A program made the position numbers and the translations under genes. The notes beneath the pieces were generated by a model that did no database searches, was not told where the DNA came from, and saw only the letters and a program-made list of their open reading frames with translations. From the sequence record SRR20825006_1584: DNA of 64,000 nucleotides; one strand, written 5' to 3'. How positions within the stretch are numbered: the first letter of the stretch is position 1; every line of letters begins with the position of its first letter. Below are positions 9,950-20,257 of this stretch, in pieces.

Positions 9950-10043
9950 TTAAGCCTTCCGTGTCAGACGCCTTTCATGGCCTAGCCTGAGCGCATGACA
10001 GGCGCAAGCACAAATAGATCACATCACGGTCAGGCAAAAGGGA

Positions 10044-10718
10044 TTACCGGATACGGCGGCGTTTCGCGAGGCCACGCGGGTCTTCAAATTCCCACAATTT
10101 GTCATCAAGGCTAACATTCTGATCTTGGCCGGAAAGCTCCACGAATGTCACGCGGTCTTCCGCGTCCACCACCGCCCATGAGGTGAGCATGATATCGCCT
10201 GCAAATCCATCTGTCTGCCGGAAGTAAAGCGTGATGGTGCCAAGTTCGGGCCGTTCGCTGTCCTGTGCCATAAGCGCAATCACACCCGTGGCGCCCGCAG
10301 GCTCCAGCTCAATATTCGCGCCAAGGGATGCGAGGTCGATGGAATTGCCAAGAAGAGCACGCAGCGGCGTTTCCTTGACCGGCCATTTGGTGACCTGCCC
10401 GATTTCATAGTCGATGAAATTAAGCGTCTTGCCGTCCGCCACCACAAGGAATGGGGTTTCGTCTGCATAGTCGAAACGAATACGGCCGGGCCGTTCCAGA
10501 TACAGCGTACCAGTGGCCACGGTGCCGTTTGGTGCATGCTGACGGAAGCTCGCTGTCAGGCTTTCCACCTCGTCCATATAGGTTTGCACCTGCCGAAGTG
10601 CCTTGAGGCTGTTGTCTTCCGTTACCGTCTGTTCTTCAAGCGGCGGCAATTCATCTTGTGCCACCACAGCCGGAGCCAAAAGCCCCATCATCACTAAAAA
10701 CATCATGCGAAAACGCAT
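10044..10718 (-). CDS. lolA: Outer-membrane lipoprotein carrier protein
   Basis: Signal peptide; LTASFRQ and GTLYLERPGRIRFDY motifs; directly downstream of ftsK. Confidence 0.9.
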   Translation of the reverse strand: MRFRMMFLVMMGLLAPAVVAQDELPPLEEQTVTEDNSLKALRQVQTYMDEVESLTASFRQHAPNGTVATGTLYLERPGRIRFDYADETPFLVVADGKTLNFIDYEIGQVTKWPVKETPLRALLGNSIDLASLGANIELEPAGATGVIALMAQDSERPELGTITLYFRQTDGFAGDIMLTSWAVVDAEDRVTFVELSGQDQNVSLDDKLWEFEDPRGLAKRRRIR

Positions 10719-10752
10719 TAAATCATCCTTGCTGTCATTACGCGGGGGTGTT

Positions 10753-13191
10753 TTAGAAATCTTCTTCCCGCTCGGGCACCAGCACTTCGCGTTGGCCCTT
10801 ATGGTTTGGTGCGCTGATCACACCTTGTTCTTCCATCTCTTCAATAAGCGACGCGGCCTTGTTGTAACCGATTTTCAGGCGGCGCTGGATATAGCTGGTG
10901 GACGCCCGCCGGTCACGCAGTACAATATTCACCGCCTGATCATAGAGGCTGTTATCATCGCCTCCGCCAGATGGACCTGGGATGAACGGGCTGTCAAAAC
11001 CCTCTTCAGGTTCTTCCGTCACCTCTGAGAGATACTCCGGCGCGCCCTGTTTCTGTAGGTGGGTCACTACTTTTTCGACTTCCTTGTCAGACACAAAAGC
11101 ACCGTGCACGCGGGTGATGCGGCCACCACCGGCCATAAAGAGCATGTCACCCATACCAAGAAGCTGCTCGGCACCCTGCTCACCCAGAATGGTGCGGCTG
11201 TCGATTTTCGAGGTTACCTGGAAACTGATCCGGGTCGGGAAATTGGCTTTGATCGTACCGGTGATCACGTCCACCGATGGCCGCTGTGTCGCCATCACCA
11301 GGTGAATGCCCGCAGCCCGCGCCATCTGCGCAAGACGCTGCACCGTGGCTTCCACGTCCTTGCCTGCCACCAGCATCAGGTCTGCCATCTCGTCAATCAC
11401 AATCACGATGAACGGGAGCGGCTGGAAGTCGAACTCCTGCTCCTCCATCACCGGCTGGCCGGTTTCTTTGTCAAAGCCGGTTTGAATTTCGCGGGTCAGG
11501 CGTTCGCCGTTCGCGCGGGCTTCATGAACACGTTTGTTAAACGCCGCAAGGTTCCTCACCCCAAGCTTGGACATATTGCGGTACCGGTCTTCCATCTCCC
11601 GGACTGCCCATTTAAGCGCAACCACCGCTTTTTTCGGTTCTGTCACCACCGGCGTCAAAAGATGCGGGATACCGTCATAAACCGAAAGCTCAAGCATCTT
11701 GGGGTCAACCATGATCAGCCTGAGCGTCTCGGGGCTGTGCCGGTAAAGAAGCGACAGGATCATTGTGTTGATACCGACCGACTTACCGGAACCGGTGGTG
11801 CCTGCCACAAGCAAGTGCGGCATGGACGCAAGATCCGCCACCACAGGCGCGCCGCCAATGTCTTTACCAAGCACAACGGGCAGGCGGGCTTTGGTGCCCT
11901 CATAATCCCGGCTGGCAAGCAGTTCGCGCAGGAAAACGGTCTGGCGGTCGCTGTTTGGAAGCTCGATCCCGATCGCATTACGGCCCGGTACTACCGCCAC
12001 ACGGGCAGAGATTGCGCTCATGGACCGCGCGATATCGTCCGCCAAGCCAATCACCCGCGCAGATTTGGTGCCGCGCGCCGGTTCAAGCTCATAAAGCGTA
12101 ACCACAGGGCCAGGGCGCACGTCGTTGATATCGCCCTGTACACCAAAGTCGTCGAGCACGCCTTCAAGCATGCGGGCGTTCTGCTCAAGTGATTCTTCAC
12201 TGATACGGCCCAGCTTTTCAGGGGGCGGGGGTGGTGCCAGAAGCTCAAGCGCGGGCAAGCCAAAGCCGCCGCTGTCGCCAAAGTCCAGCACGGTTTGGGC
12301 TTCTTTGGTTTCGCGTTTACCCCGGCTCGGTTTCGCCTGCGGTTTCACGCGCTTCTCCGGCACAGGAGCTTTCTTGGCCGCCTTCCGTGGTGCCATGGGC
12401 ACGCGCGCGCTATCCGCCTCAAAAGGCGGATCGTCATAATCGTCAAACTCATCATCTTCGCCGCGTGTACGGCTGCGGAAGATAAGCCTGAAGGTGGCAG
12501 CAACAGCGGAGCCGATGGTGCGCAGCAGCCAAAGCACGGAGCGCACCACCGCAAGCACGGCTGCTTTCAAAGCGTTATAAACAGCTGTCCATTCCTCCCG
12601 GTTGAGCGCGAAGGAGAAGGCGTATGCGGGCACACCAAGCACGGCAAACACCACACCATAAACCCACGCAGGCACCACAATCCCAGCAAACAGCTCAATC
12701 ACCATCAGGTAAAGGCGCTGGCCAAGGGCACCACCGTATCCGGCCTGCACTATAAAATCAGGCGAGGGCGCGGTCACGCTGAGTGCGATGGCAATCAAGA
12801 TCAGGCTGACCGGCACAAAAGTAAGGTTGAGCCAGAACATGGGCAGCCACTTGAGCCGCAGGATTTTCACACCCCAGATGGCAAGCGGCAACGGCAACAG
12901 ATACCCGGCCAGCGCCAGCGTCTGCATCAGCACATCGGCCACATTGGCACCATATGCCATGAGCCAGTTGGTGGCGGGCCGTGTTGCCTCATTATTGATC
13001 GTGGGGTCAGTGGGGTTATAGGAGGCAAGCGACAACACAACGCTGACGGCAAACGCTATCAGGGCAAGCCCAAGAAGCCGCCAACCCGTATTTTTGAGGA
13101 ACACCACAAAAGCAGGCGGCAGTAACGGCGCCTTGTCCCTGGCGGCTTTATTATTTGCTGTACCCGCCTTTGCAGGTTTGCGTGACGACAC
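10753..13191 (-). CDS. ftsK: DNA translocase FtsK
   Basis: N-terminal TM domain; MPHLLVAGTTGSGKS, IDEMADLM and ATQRPSVDVITG; C-terminal gamma domain. Confidence 0.98.
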   Translation of the reverse strand: MSSRKPAKAGTANNKAARDKAPLLPPAFVVFLKNTGWRLLGLALIAFAVSVVLSLASYNPTDPTINNEATRPATNWLMAYGANVADVLMQTLALAGYLLPLPLAIWGVKILRLKWLPMFWLNLTFVPVSLILIAIALSVTAPSPDFIVQAGYGGALGQRLYLMVIELFAGIVVPAWVYGVVFAVLGVPAYAFSFALNREEWTAVYNALKAAVLAVVRSVLWLLRTIGSAVAATFRLIFRSRTRGEDDEFDDYDDPPFEADSARVPMAPRKAAKKAPVPEKRVKPQAKPSRGKRETKEAQTVLDFGDSGGFGLPALELLAPPPPPEKLGRISEESLEQNARMLEGVLDDFGVQGDINDVRPGPVVTLYELEPARGTKSARVIGLADDIARSMSAISARVAVVPGRNAIGIELPNSDRQTVFLRELLASRDYEGTKARLPVVLGKDIGGAPVVADLASMPHLLVAGTTGSGKSVGINTMILSLLYRHSPETLRLIMVDPKMLELSVYDGIPHLLTPVVTEPKKAVVALKWAVREMEDRYRNMSKLGVRNLAAFNKRVHEARANGERLTREIQTGFDKETGQPVMEEQEFDFQPLPFIVIVIDEMADLMLVAGKDVEATVQRLAQMARAAGIHLVMATQRPSVDVITGTIKANFPTRISFQVTSKIDSRTILGEQGAEQLLGMGDMLFMAGGGRITRVHGAFVSDKEVEKVVTHLQKQGAPEYLSEVTEEPEEGFDSPFIPGPSGGGDDNSLYDQAVNIVLRDRRASTSYIQRRLKIGYNKAASLIEEMEEQGVISAPNHKGQREVLVPEREEDF

Positions 13192-13420
13192 TGATTTCTT
13201 GCTCCCTCAAGCCCTAAGGCTCAAACCCGGTGCCAAAATGTGGCGACGAGGCTCATATTCTTGTCCTGTTCGCTGCACTTTAATGCTCAACAAGGGTTTA
13301 GGACAAGAGCGGCGATTTCATGGCAGTCATTTTAAGCCCCAGGAAATGGCGTGCTGCGGCATCAGGTCTCTTTACAGCGCCCTTCAATCGGGCCTACATG
13401 AAGCCATAAGGAGAGTAACC

Positions 13421-14656
13421 ATGGGTGCAGACAAAGCCAAAACCATAAAAAGCGAGATTGTCATCGTTGGTGGCGGTATGGCAGGCCTTACGGCAGCCAT
13501 TGGCCTTGCGCAGCATGGTTTTGAGGTTGTTGTGGTTGATATGGTGCCAAAGGGCGACCTGACCGCAGCAAGCTATGACGGCCGCGCCAGCGCGCTGGCC
13601 TATGCCTCCTGCCAGCTTTTGAAAGCCATTGGGGTTTGGCCTTATATGGAGCCCTATGCACAGCCTATTCTTGAAATCCGGGTATCGGACGGCCCGTCGC
13701 TGTTGCACCTGCATTTCGATAATGAAACGCTGGGCGATGGCCCGCTTGGCCACATGGTGGAAAACCGCCATACCCGCATTGCACTATTCAAACGGTTGGA
13801 AGAGTTTGAAAACATCCGCTTCCTCGCGCCGGAGAAAGTAGCTGACATCAACCGCAGCGCTTCGGGCGTTTCTGTCACACTTGAAAGCGGCGTGTGTGTT
13901 GACGCTGATCTGCTGCTCGGCATAGATGGGCGTGGCTCAGTTGTGCGCCGCCACGCAGACCTGCCAACAAGCAGTATTGAATACAAACAACACGGCATCG
14001 TGTGCTCGGTCGAGCATGAACACAGCCACTGCGGTATTGCGCACGAGCGGTTCCTGCCGTCAGGGCCCTTTGCCATCTTGCCGCTGACCGGCAATCGCTC
14101 ATCGCTTGTCTGGACGGAAAAGAGCCATCTGGTCGATACCATCATGAATCTCTCCGACCGGGCGTTTGAAAGCGAAGTGGCACGGCGTATTGGCGGTTTC
14201 CTTGGTGAGGTGAAGGTTGTTGGCGGGCGCTGGGCTTACCCCATCAGCCTGCAGTATGCGCACAGCTATGTATCTGACCGCCTTGCGTTGATTGGTGACG
14301 CTGCCCACGGTATCCACCCCATCTCAGGCCAGGGCCTGAACCTGGGGCTCAAGGATGTGGCGGCGCTGATTGAAGTACTGGTGGTGGCCCGGAACGTGGG
14401 CCTGGATATTGGTGCCACCTCTGTGCTTGATAACTACGCCCAGTGGCGCACCACAGATAATGCTGCTGTTTATGCGATCACAGACGGTTTCAACCGGCTG
14501 TTCTCCAACGATATTGGCCCCATTAAACTGGCGCGCGACCTTGGCATGGCGGCGGTGAATGAAGTCACTCCGCTCAAGAATTTCTTCATGAGCCATGCAC
14601 GCGGCACGGTCGGGGAACTCCCGAAACTGTTACGCGGCGAAAGCCTCACATCCTGA
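13421..14656 (+). CDS. UbiH/UbiL-family FAD-dependent ubiquinone biosynthesis hydroxylase
   Basis: GGGMAG, DGRASAL and GDAAHGIHPISGQGLNLG; RBS AAGGAG before ATG 13421; divergent from ftsK. Confidence 0.92.
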   Translation: MGADKAKTIKSEIVIVGGGMAGLTAAIGLAQHGFEVVVVDMVPKGDLTAASYDGRASALAYASCQLLKAIGVWPYMEPYAQPILEIRVSDGPSLLHLHFDNETLGDGPLGHMVENRHTRIALFKRLEEFENIRFLAPEKVADINRSASGVSVTLESGVCVDADLLLGIDGRGSVVRRHADLPTSSIEYKQHGIVCSVEHEHSHCGIAHERFLPSGPFAILPLTGNRSSLVWTEKSHLVDTIMNLSDRAFESEVARRIGGFLGEVKVVGGRWAYPISLQYAHSYVSDRLALIGDAAHGIHPISGQGLNLGLKDVAALIEVLVVARNVGLDIGATSVLDNYAQWRTTDNAAVYAITDGFNRLFSNDIGPIKLARDLGMAAVNEVTPLKNFFMSHARGTVGELPKLLRGESLTS

Positions 14657-14668
14657 TATACTGCACGC

Positions 14669-15241
14669 ATGAAACGGCCGCACAATATCGCGGATACCAG
14701 ATTCCGCATTCATGATACCAAGGCAGAGACGCCTGCTATTGAGGCTGCGCGTACGCTCTATTTCAATGCCACGCTTTATGCACACCGCTCGCTTCCCAAA
14801 AAGAGTTTCAACCGCATGATCCTGATCCTTGCCGCTTTCTGCGTGTTTGCGGCGGTGCGTTTCATCATGATTGGGGCGTGGCCTGTGGTGATATTTGTGG
14901 CCATTGACCTGGTCGCGCTGTGGCTTGCATTTTTCTTCAACTACCGGGCGGCCCGAGCGTTCGAGACCGTACAGCTTACGGACAAGGACCTGCTTTTGAC
15001 CCGTGTGAGCGCGCGCGGGCGGTCTTCCACCTGGCGGTTTGAGCCTTATTGGGCCAGTGTGAAGGTGCGGGAGCGAGGAGAAGACGAGAATGAACTTTAC
15101 CTGCGCTCGCACGGTGAAACCGTTTATTTTGGTGACTGTTTGACCGCGCAGGAGCGGCGCGACTTTCGAGAGGCACTTGACCTTGCGCTGGCACGCTGGC
15201 GTGCGCGAACCCCGCACCCGGATCAAGGCGCCTCGCAATAA
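14669..15241 (+). CDS. DUF2244 family membrane protein
   Basis: HRSL motif, two TM helices with GAWPV, NYRAARAFETV. Confidence 0.85.
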   Translation: MKRPHNIADTRFRIHDTKAETPAIEAARTLYFNATLYAHRSLPKKSFNRMILILAAFCVFAAVRFIMIGAWPVVIFVAIDLVALWLAFFFNYRAARAFETVQLTDKDLLLTRVSARGRSSTWRFEPYWASVKVRERGEDENELYLRSHGETVYFGDCLTAQERRDFREALDLALARWRARTPHPDQGASQ

Positions 15242-16056
15242 ACCTGTGCAATGGAACGGTTGGCCCGGAAGGCATTTCCGTTTTCATCAAAGTTTTCACG
15301 CTTTATCAACGTTCGCTGCGTACCCGTACCATCCGCAATCAGGCCCGTATCCTCAAAAACTCTGGGGTGCGTGGTGTAAACCCTGCCCCGGCGCGGTGCG
15401 CCCGCGACCACTGTGCCGACAACATAACCTTCCGCGTTAAAGACGGGACCACCGGATATGCCGCCCAATGAGCCACCAAACGTGGGACGACGTTCACGTT
15501 CCACCCATGCCACCACAGGTTCACGCATACGGTAACGCCCGGTGGAGCGCATCTCTGTGCGCCCGATAACGGTAGCGCGCACATCAGCCGGTTTGCCTTG
15601 CGGGAACCCCATCATATAACCGTCGTCACCCCGGTTTGGGCTTTCGCTCGAAAGTTCAAACGCCTTTGGTTTCATCCCTTTCGCGCGCAATACGGCAAAA
15701 TCCCGGCTGGTTTCGCTCGTGGCAGATGCCACCGGCTCCAGCATACGGGGGCCTTTCACCAGATATATCTTGCCGCAGCCATCCACCACATGGCGGGCGG
15801 TGATGAACACACCGTCGCCGCGTGCCGCAAAAGCTGTTCCGATACCGTTTTTGACCTCCAAGTCCAGCTCCACCGTCACGCCGCGATCATCGTTACCGGG
15901 CAGAGGCCCGTCATCAGGGATCAGGACAGGAGGCACGTGCTGTTCAGCACCTTCAGGTAGCGGCCTGCGCGGCTCCACCTCGTCCACATTGGCGTAGCGC
16001 ACAATGAAGAAAATGATGATCACCAGATAGGTGAGTATTTCGCGGCTGCGGCGCAT
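15223..16056 (-). CDS. Membrane-anchored trypsin-like serine protease
   Basis: N-terminal TM; GTAF, TARHV (His), DFAVL (Asp) and GISGGP (Ser). Confidence 0.9.
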   Translation of the reverse strand: MRRSREILTYLVIIIFFIVRYANVDEVEPRRPLPEGAEQHVPPVLIPDDGPLPGNDDRGVTVELDLEVKNGIGTAFAARGDGVFITARHVVDGCGKIYLVKGPRMLEPVASATSETSRDFAVLRAKGMKPKAFELSSESPNRGDDGYMMGFPQGKPADVRATVIGRTEMRSTGRYRMREPVVAWVERERRPTFGGSLGGISGGPVFNAEGYVVGTVVAGAPRRGRVYTTHPRVFEDTGLIADGTGTQRTLIKRENFDENGNAFRANRSIAQVYCEAP

Positions 16057-16068
16057 GCTGGCGTGTCC

Positions 16069-16482
16069 CTAGCCCGTGATCGCCGCCGAGTTGATAAAGG
16101 CCGTTGCCAGCTTGAAAGACACCAGCAGAACGGCAGCGCCCATATCATTTTTTTCAATACGCTGGGACAGGTCTGGCAGCAGAAGCGAAACGAGGCGGAA
16201 AGCAACAAGCTGGAGCACAAGGGCGATAATGCCCCAGAAGACAAGATCCCAGATCGATACGGAAGCCGCCAGCGAGAAGGCAATTGGTAGGGCGAGGCCC
16301 ACAATGGCACCACCAAGGGATAACGCCGCCGCAACATTTCCTTCGCGGATAAGCGCCAGCTCGTCATGCGAGGTGAGGCGCATATAAAGCGCGATACCCA
16401 CAAGAAGGATCACGAGGCTCGTGCCCGAATGCACCATAAATACCGGCAGCCCGGCCCATAGTGCCATCAACGCTTCTTCCAT
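16069..16482 (-). CDS. DUF350 family membrane protein
   Basis: Four TM segments; LTSHDELALIREGNVAAA motif. Confidence 0.9.
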   Translation of the reverse strand: MEEALMALWAGLPVFMVHSGTSLVILLVGIALYMRLTSHDELALIREGNVAAALSLGGAIVGLALPIAFSLAASVSIWDLVFWGIIALVLQLVAFRLVSLLLPDLSQRIEKNDMGAAVLLVSFKLATAFINSAAITG

Positions 16483-16503
16483 AACCTTGTCCCCCTCAGA
16501 CTA

Positions 16504-17298
16504 TTAATTCAGGCCCAGTACGTGGCGCATGTTGTAGCGGCCATTTGGCTGGCTGTGAAGCCAAAGCGCTGCACGCACGGCACCATCGGCAAAAAGGCTG
16601 CGGTTCTCTGCTTTGTGGGAAAGCGTGATGCGCTCACTACCGCTGGCGAAAATCACGTCATGCTCTCCAATCACCGACCCGCCCCTGAGGGCTGCAAAAC
16701 CGATGGTGCCTTCAACGCGTTCACCGGTCAGGCCTTCCCGCGCCGGTGTGCGCAGGTCGTCAAGCGATGCGCCGCGCCCCTCTGCCGCCGCATCCCCCAG
16801 CATAAGCGCGGTGCCAGACGGCGCGTCCACCTTGTCCCGGTGGTGCATCTCGAGAATATCGATATCCCACTCAGGCCCCAGTTTGCTGGCCGCATCCCGC
16901 ACCAAAGCCATCAAGAGATTAACACCTTGCGAATAATTGCCTGCCTGCATGATGCGCGTGGAGCCCGCTGCGATCATCAGTGCGCTTTCGTCGCCGCCCG
17001 AAAGCCCCGTTGTGCCCACCACCAGTGCTTTTTTATGCCGGGCCGCGAGGCCCGCGTGCGCCGCCGTATCCCCCGGCGGGGTAAAGTCGATCACCACATC
17101 AGCGGCTTCAAAGACATCCTCGATGGTTGCGCTCAGGTTCACAGACGTGCCGGTGATGGGTGCGCCAATGTCGGGATGCCGCGGCCGGTCACAGCCCGCA
17201 ACAAAGCTGGCATCATCATTTTCCTCAACGGCCTTGAGCACCGCCTGCCCCATCCGGCCCATCACCCCAAGAATTCCAACCTTCACCTGATCTGCCAT
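16504..17298 (-). CDS. dapB: 4-hydroxy-tetrahydrodipicolinate reductase
   Basis: GRMG, IDFT, VVGTTG and EMHHRDKVDAPSGTA motifs. Confidence 0.97.
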   Translation of the reverse strand: MADQVKVGILGVMGRMGQAVLKAVEENDDASFVAGCDRPRHPDIGAPITGTSVNLSATIEDVFEAADVVIDFTPPGDTAAHAGLAARHKKALVVGTTGLSGGDESALMIAAGSTRIMQAGNYSQGVNLLMALVRDAASKLGPEWDIDILEMHHRDKVDAPSGTALMLGDAAAEGRGASLDDLRTPAREGLTGERVEGTIGFAALRGGSVIGEHDVIFASGSERITLSHKAENRSLFADGAVRAALWLHSQPNGRYNMRHVLGLN

Positions 17299-17345
17299 GG
17301 TTTGCTCTCGCTCAATTATGCTTTTCCTTTGCTATCAGGCGGATG

Positions 17346-17378
17346 CACAAAAGGAAAGGCCGGGCGAAACCCGGCCTT
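17346..17378 (-). terminator. Intrinsic terminator after the TonB-dependent receptor gene
   Basis: AAGGCCGGG-CGAAA-CCCGGCCTT stem followed on the minus strand by TCCTTTTG. Confidence 0.75.
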
Positions 17379-17402
17379 ACCAATTTTTTCTGATGCGCAG
17401 GC

Positions 17403-20132
17403 TTAGAAGCGCGCGGTCAGGTCAATACCCCATGTGCTGGGCTCTTCAATGCCCGTGATGGGCGCACCGAAGGTATCAACAGCAAGACCACCTGCACCAC
17501 CACGGTAGCGGTTGGCAAAAATGTTGCGCGCAAACACGGAAACGCTGAGATCATCGTCCGGGTTTGACCAGCTGATCCGCGCGTTGGTGAAGTTACGAGC
17601 TTCGCCGGTTTCCCACGTCACGCTGCCCCATGTCACCGTCCCACAAGAGCCATCTGCGATACATTCCCCGTTTTCACGGCGTGCGCTTGTGTAGCTGTGG
17701 TCTGCATGGAGGGTGATCGAGCCCGCCGTATCGCTGAGTGCAAAGGTATAATCACCACCGAAGGATACACGTGTTGAAGGTTCGCCTGTGGGGTCGCCTT
17801 CAGCAGATTTGCCGCAACTCTCAGTGCAGGTAATGTCCTGATAGCCACCGTTCGCGAAGAACCGCAGGCCCGCAACAGGTGCCCACAGCAGTTCCACGTC
17901 GATACCTTTACCCGATACATCCTGGTTTTGGGTCACATAGCGCGGCACGCTTGAGGCATCGACCTCCACAAGACGGATCGACTGTTTGTCGTTATATTTA
18001 TACTTCCAGCCCGCAATGTTGAACCTGACGCGGTTATCAAACCACTGGGATTTGAGGCCGGCTTCAACGTTCCAGACCTTCTCATTATCGAAGTAGCTGT
18101 TGATTTCTACACTGTTGAAACCACCGGCTTTGTAGCCGCGCGCGTAGGACGCATAGAGCATGGCGTCGTCTGTGATGCGGTAATCAAGCGCAATGCGGGG
18201 GCTGAAGTTATCCCAGCTTTCTTCTCTCGTGAGCGGAACACCCTCAAGGCCCCCAACGTCAAAGACAATATCGCCCGACGCTGTTGGGCCCACAAAAGCC
18301 TGGAAGATGCTTGTGAGCAACTGCTGCTGGATATCAGCCAGGTTGCCAATGCCAGGGATTTCAAGCCTTGCACTGCCGGAAATTTCCCGGCGGTCGTTGA
18401 ACCACTCCCATGATTTCTTGTCCTTGGTGTAACGGGCACCGGCGTTGATGTTGAACCGGTCGGTCACCGCGAAGGTCACGTCCGCGAAAGCAGCATAGGC
18501 CTTGAAGGTGCCCTCACCATACATGGTTTCTGTCCATGTGCGGCCGCTCATGGTCGTCAGACCAAGATTGGCAATCTCTTCCAGAGAGAGACCGGGCAAG
18601 CCTGGATCGATACAGTTAAGCGGCAGGCTGTTGAAACCGATAAAACCGCCAAGGCTGTCAAGGAACCGGCTTTCGCACGTGTTGATACCATCAAGCGGGT
18701 TAAAGCTCGCCGCCAGCACACCCGGCGTGACACCAAGGTTATAGAGCACAGTGTCGATCGAATCCGTGGTGGCGTGGGTTTCGGACCGCTGTTTTGCATT
18801 TTCCCAATAATAGCTGAGGCCTGCGGTCCATGTCAGGGCGCCAGAGACACCGTTAAGTCGCAGTTCCTGATAGAAATGCTCGTTCTCTTCCACGTTGTTA
18901 GTGTCAAAATAGAAATCAGGGTCGGCTGTGCCGTCCTCTTCTTCCAGATTGTTGGTGGAGAACTTCTTGAACGCGGACAGGGACGTCAGTGTCGCCCAGC
19001 CAAAATCATGCGTAACATTGAGCGTGAAGGCGTCCAGATCGCGGTTTTCTTCACCGTTTGCCACATCGCTCGCGATCGGGCCCAAGGGGTCCGCACCACC
19101 AACGCTTGAAGCATCACGGAAGAAGTTCCAGTCTGCATTCGGGTTTGAAGGCGTATAGCCAAAGGCGCCAAAACCGCCATAGATAGCCCCGAGCGGTATA
19201 CCGTAGAGCACATCAAGCGGGGTGTCTTTGGTGATGGGCAGGCCAAGAAGTGGTGCTACGCCCGCGAGAAAATCACCATGCCCCGGCAGGTCACCCACCG
19301 TTTCAGCGCCAACGGGCGCCCGCAGGCTACCGTCTGAAACGCCGATCTGCGGTTCATCCTCATCCTGTTCCGTATGATCAAATTCATACGCCAGATTGAC
19401 AGTTGTCCGGTCTGATGGCTCCCACCGGAACTGCAAGCGGCCGGTGACGTTTTCTTCACGGCCATAATCATCGCCCGTGACAGCGTCTTTCACATACCCG
19501 TCCTGCTTGTTGATCAGGAAGTTGGCCCGCATGGCGACAGTGTCCGTCAGTGGCAGGTTAAGCATGCCGTCAAACTGCTGCTTGTCGAACCGGCCGTACC
19601 TGAGCCGCACTTGCGCCTCGGTTTCACCGATCACCGGCTTGCGGGTGATGACAGAGATGGCCCCCGCCGCTGTGTTACGACCAAACAATGTGCCTTGCGG
19701 GCCTTTCAGCACTTCAACACGCTCGATATCCGAGAAGAAGATGATGCCCGCACCGGAACGAGAGGCATAAACACCGTCGATAAACACACCAACGGCCGGG
19801 TCTGTCCCAACACCAAAATCACTGGTCTGAACGCCGCGCAGGCGGAAGCTCGGCTGCGTCACACCGCTGATTTCAAGGCCGGGCGTATAGGTTGAAATAT
19901 CACGCAGGTCTTCCGCGCCGACATTTTGAAGAAAATCGCCTGAAAAGGCGTTAAGCGTGATGGGTACATCCTGAGCGGACTGCTCGCGCTTTTGCGCGGT
20001 GATGGTAATTTCCTCAAGCGAGAACATGTCCTCGCTGGTTTCGTCTTGTGCGTTTGCGGGTGCTGCTAGACCACACACGACCCCAACGCTGACACCAAGC
20101 ATCAAGGTCTTCTTAAAACGTTTAGTACACAT
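17403..20132 (-). CDS. TonB-dependent receptor
   Basis: Signal peptide; TonB box LEEITITAQKREQS; plug motif IERVEVLKGPQGTLFGRN; terminal Phe. Confidence 0.97.
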   Translation of the reverse strand: MCTKRFKKTLMLGVSVGVVCGLAAPANAQDETSEDMFSLEEITITAQKREQSAQDVPITLNAFSGDFLQNVGAEDLRDISTYTPGLEISGVTQPSFRLRGVQTSDFGVGTDPAVGVFIDGVYASRSGAGIIFFSDIERVEVLKGPQGTLFGRNTAAGAISVITRKPVIGETEAQVRLRYGRFDKQQFDGMLNLPLTDTVAMRANFLINKQDGYVKDAVTGDDYGREENVTGRLQFRWEPSDRTTVNLAYEFDHTEQDEDEPQIGVSDGSLRAPVGAETVGDLPGHGDFLAGVAPLLGLPITKDTPLDVLYGIPLGAIYGGFGAFGYTPSNPNADWNFFRDASSVGGADPLGPIASDVANGEENRDLDAFTLNVTHDFGWATLTSLSAFKKFSTNNLEEEDGTADPDFYFDTNNVEENEHFYQELRLNGVSGALTWTAGLSYYWENAKQRSETHATTDSIDTVLYNLGVTPGVLAASFNPLDGINTCESRFLDSLGGFIGFNSLPLNCIDPGLPGLSLEEIANLGLTTMSGRTWTETMYGEGTFKAYAAFADVTFAVTDRFNINAGARYTKDKKSWEWFNDRREISGSARLEIPGIGNLADIQQQLLTSIFQAFVGPTASGDIVFDVGGLEGVPLTREESWDNFSPRIALDYRITDDAMLYASYARGYKAGGFNSVEINSYFDNEKVWNVEAGLKSQWFDNRVRFNIAGWKYKYNDKQSIRLVEVDASSVPRYVTQNQDVSGKGIDVELLWAPVAGLRFFANGGYQDITCTESCGKSAEGDPTGEPSTRVSFGGDYTFALSDTAGSITLHADHSYTSARRENGECIADGSCGTVTWGSVTWETGEARNFTNARISWSNPDDDLSVSVFARNIFANRYRGGAGGLAVDTFGAPITGIEEPSTWGIDLTARF

Positions 20133-20257
20133 ATGGGCTCCCCTCCCTTTCGAGCAGTGGTCTGGCTGCCACCGCGTTTACGACCCCAAACGGCAGTTCG
20201 CCCATTGCCTTGTTTGGCAACGGGCACATGCCGCCTCAAAATGTCACTACGCAACTA

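Noticed and set aside
13094-13420. 109-aa N-terminal extension of the ubiquinone hydroxylase in the ORF track
   Set aside because: It overlaps the ftsK start, and a clear RBS precedes ATG 13421. Similar over-extensions were trimmed for rho, mnmG, rph, the DUF299 gene and the DUF3892 gene.
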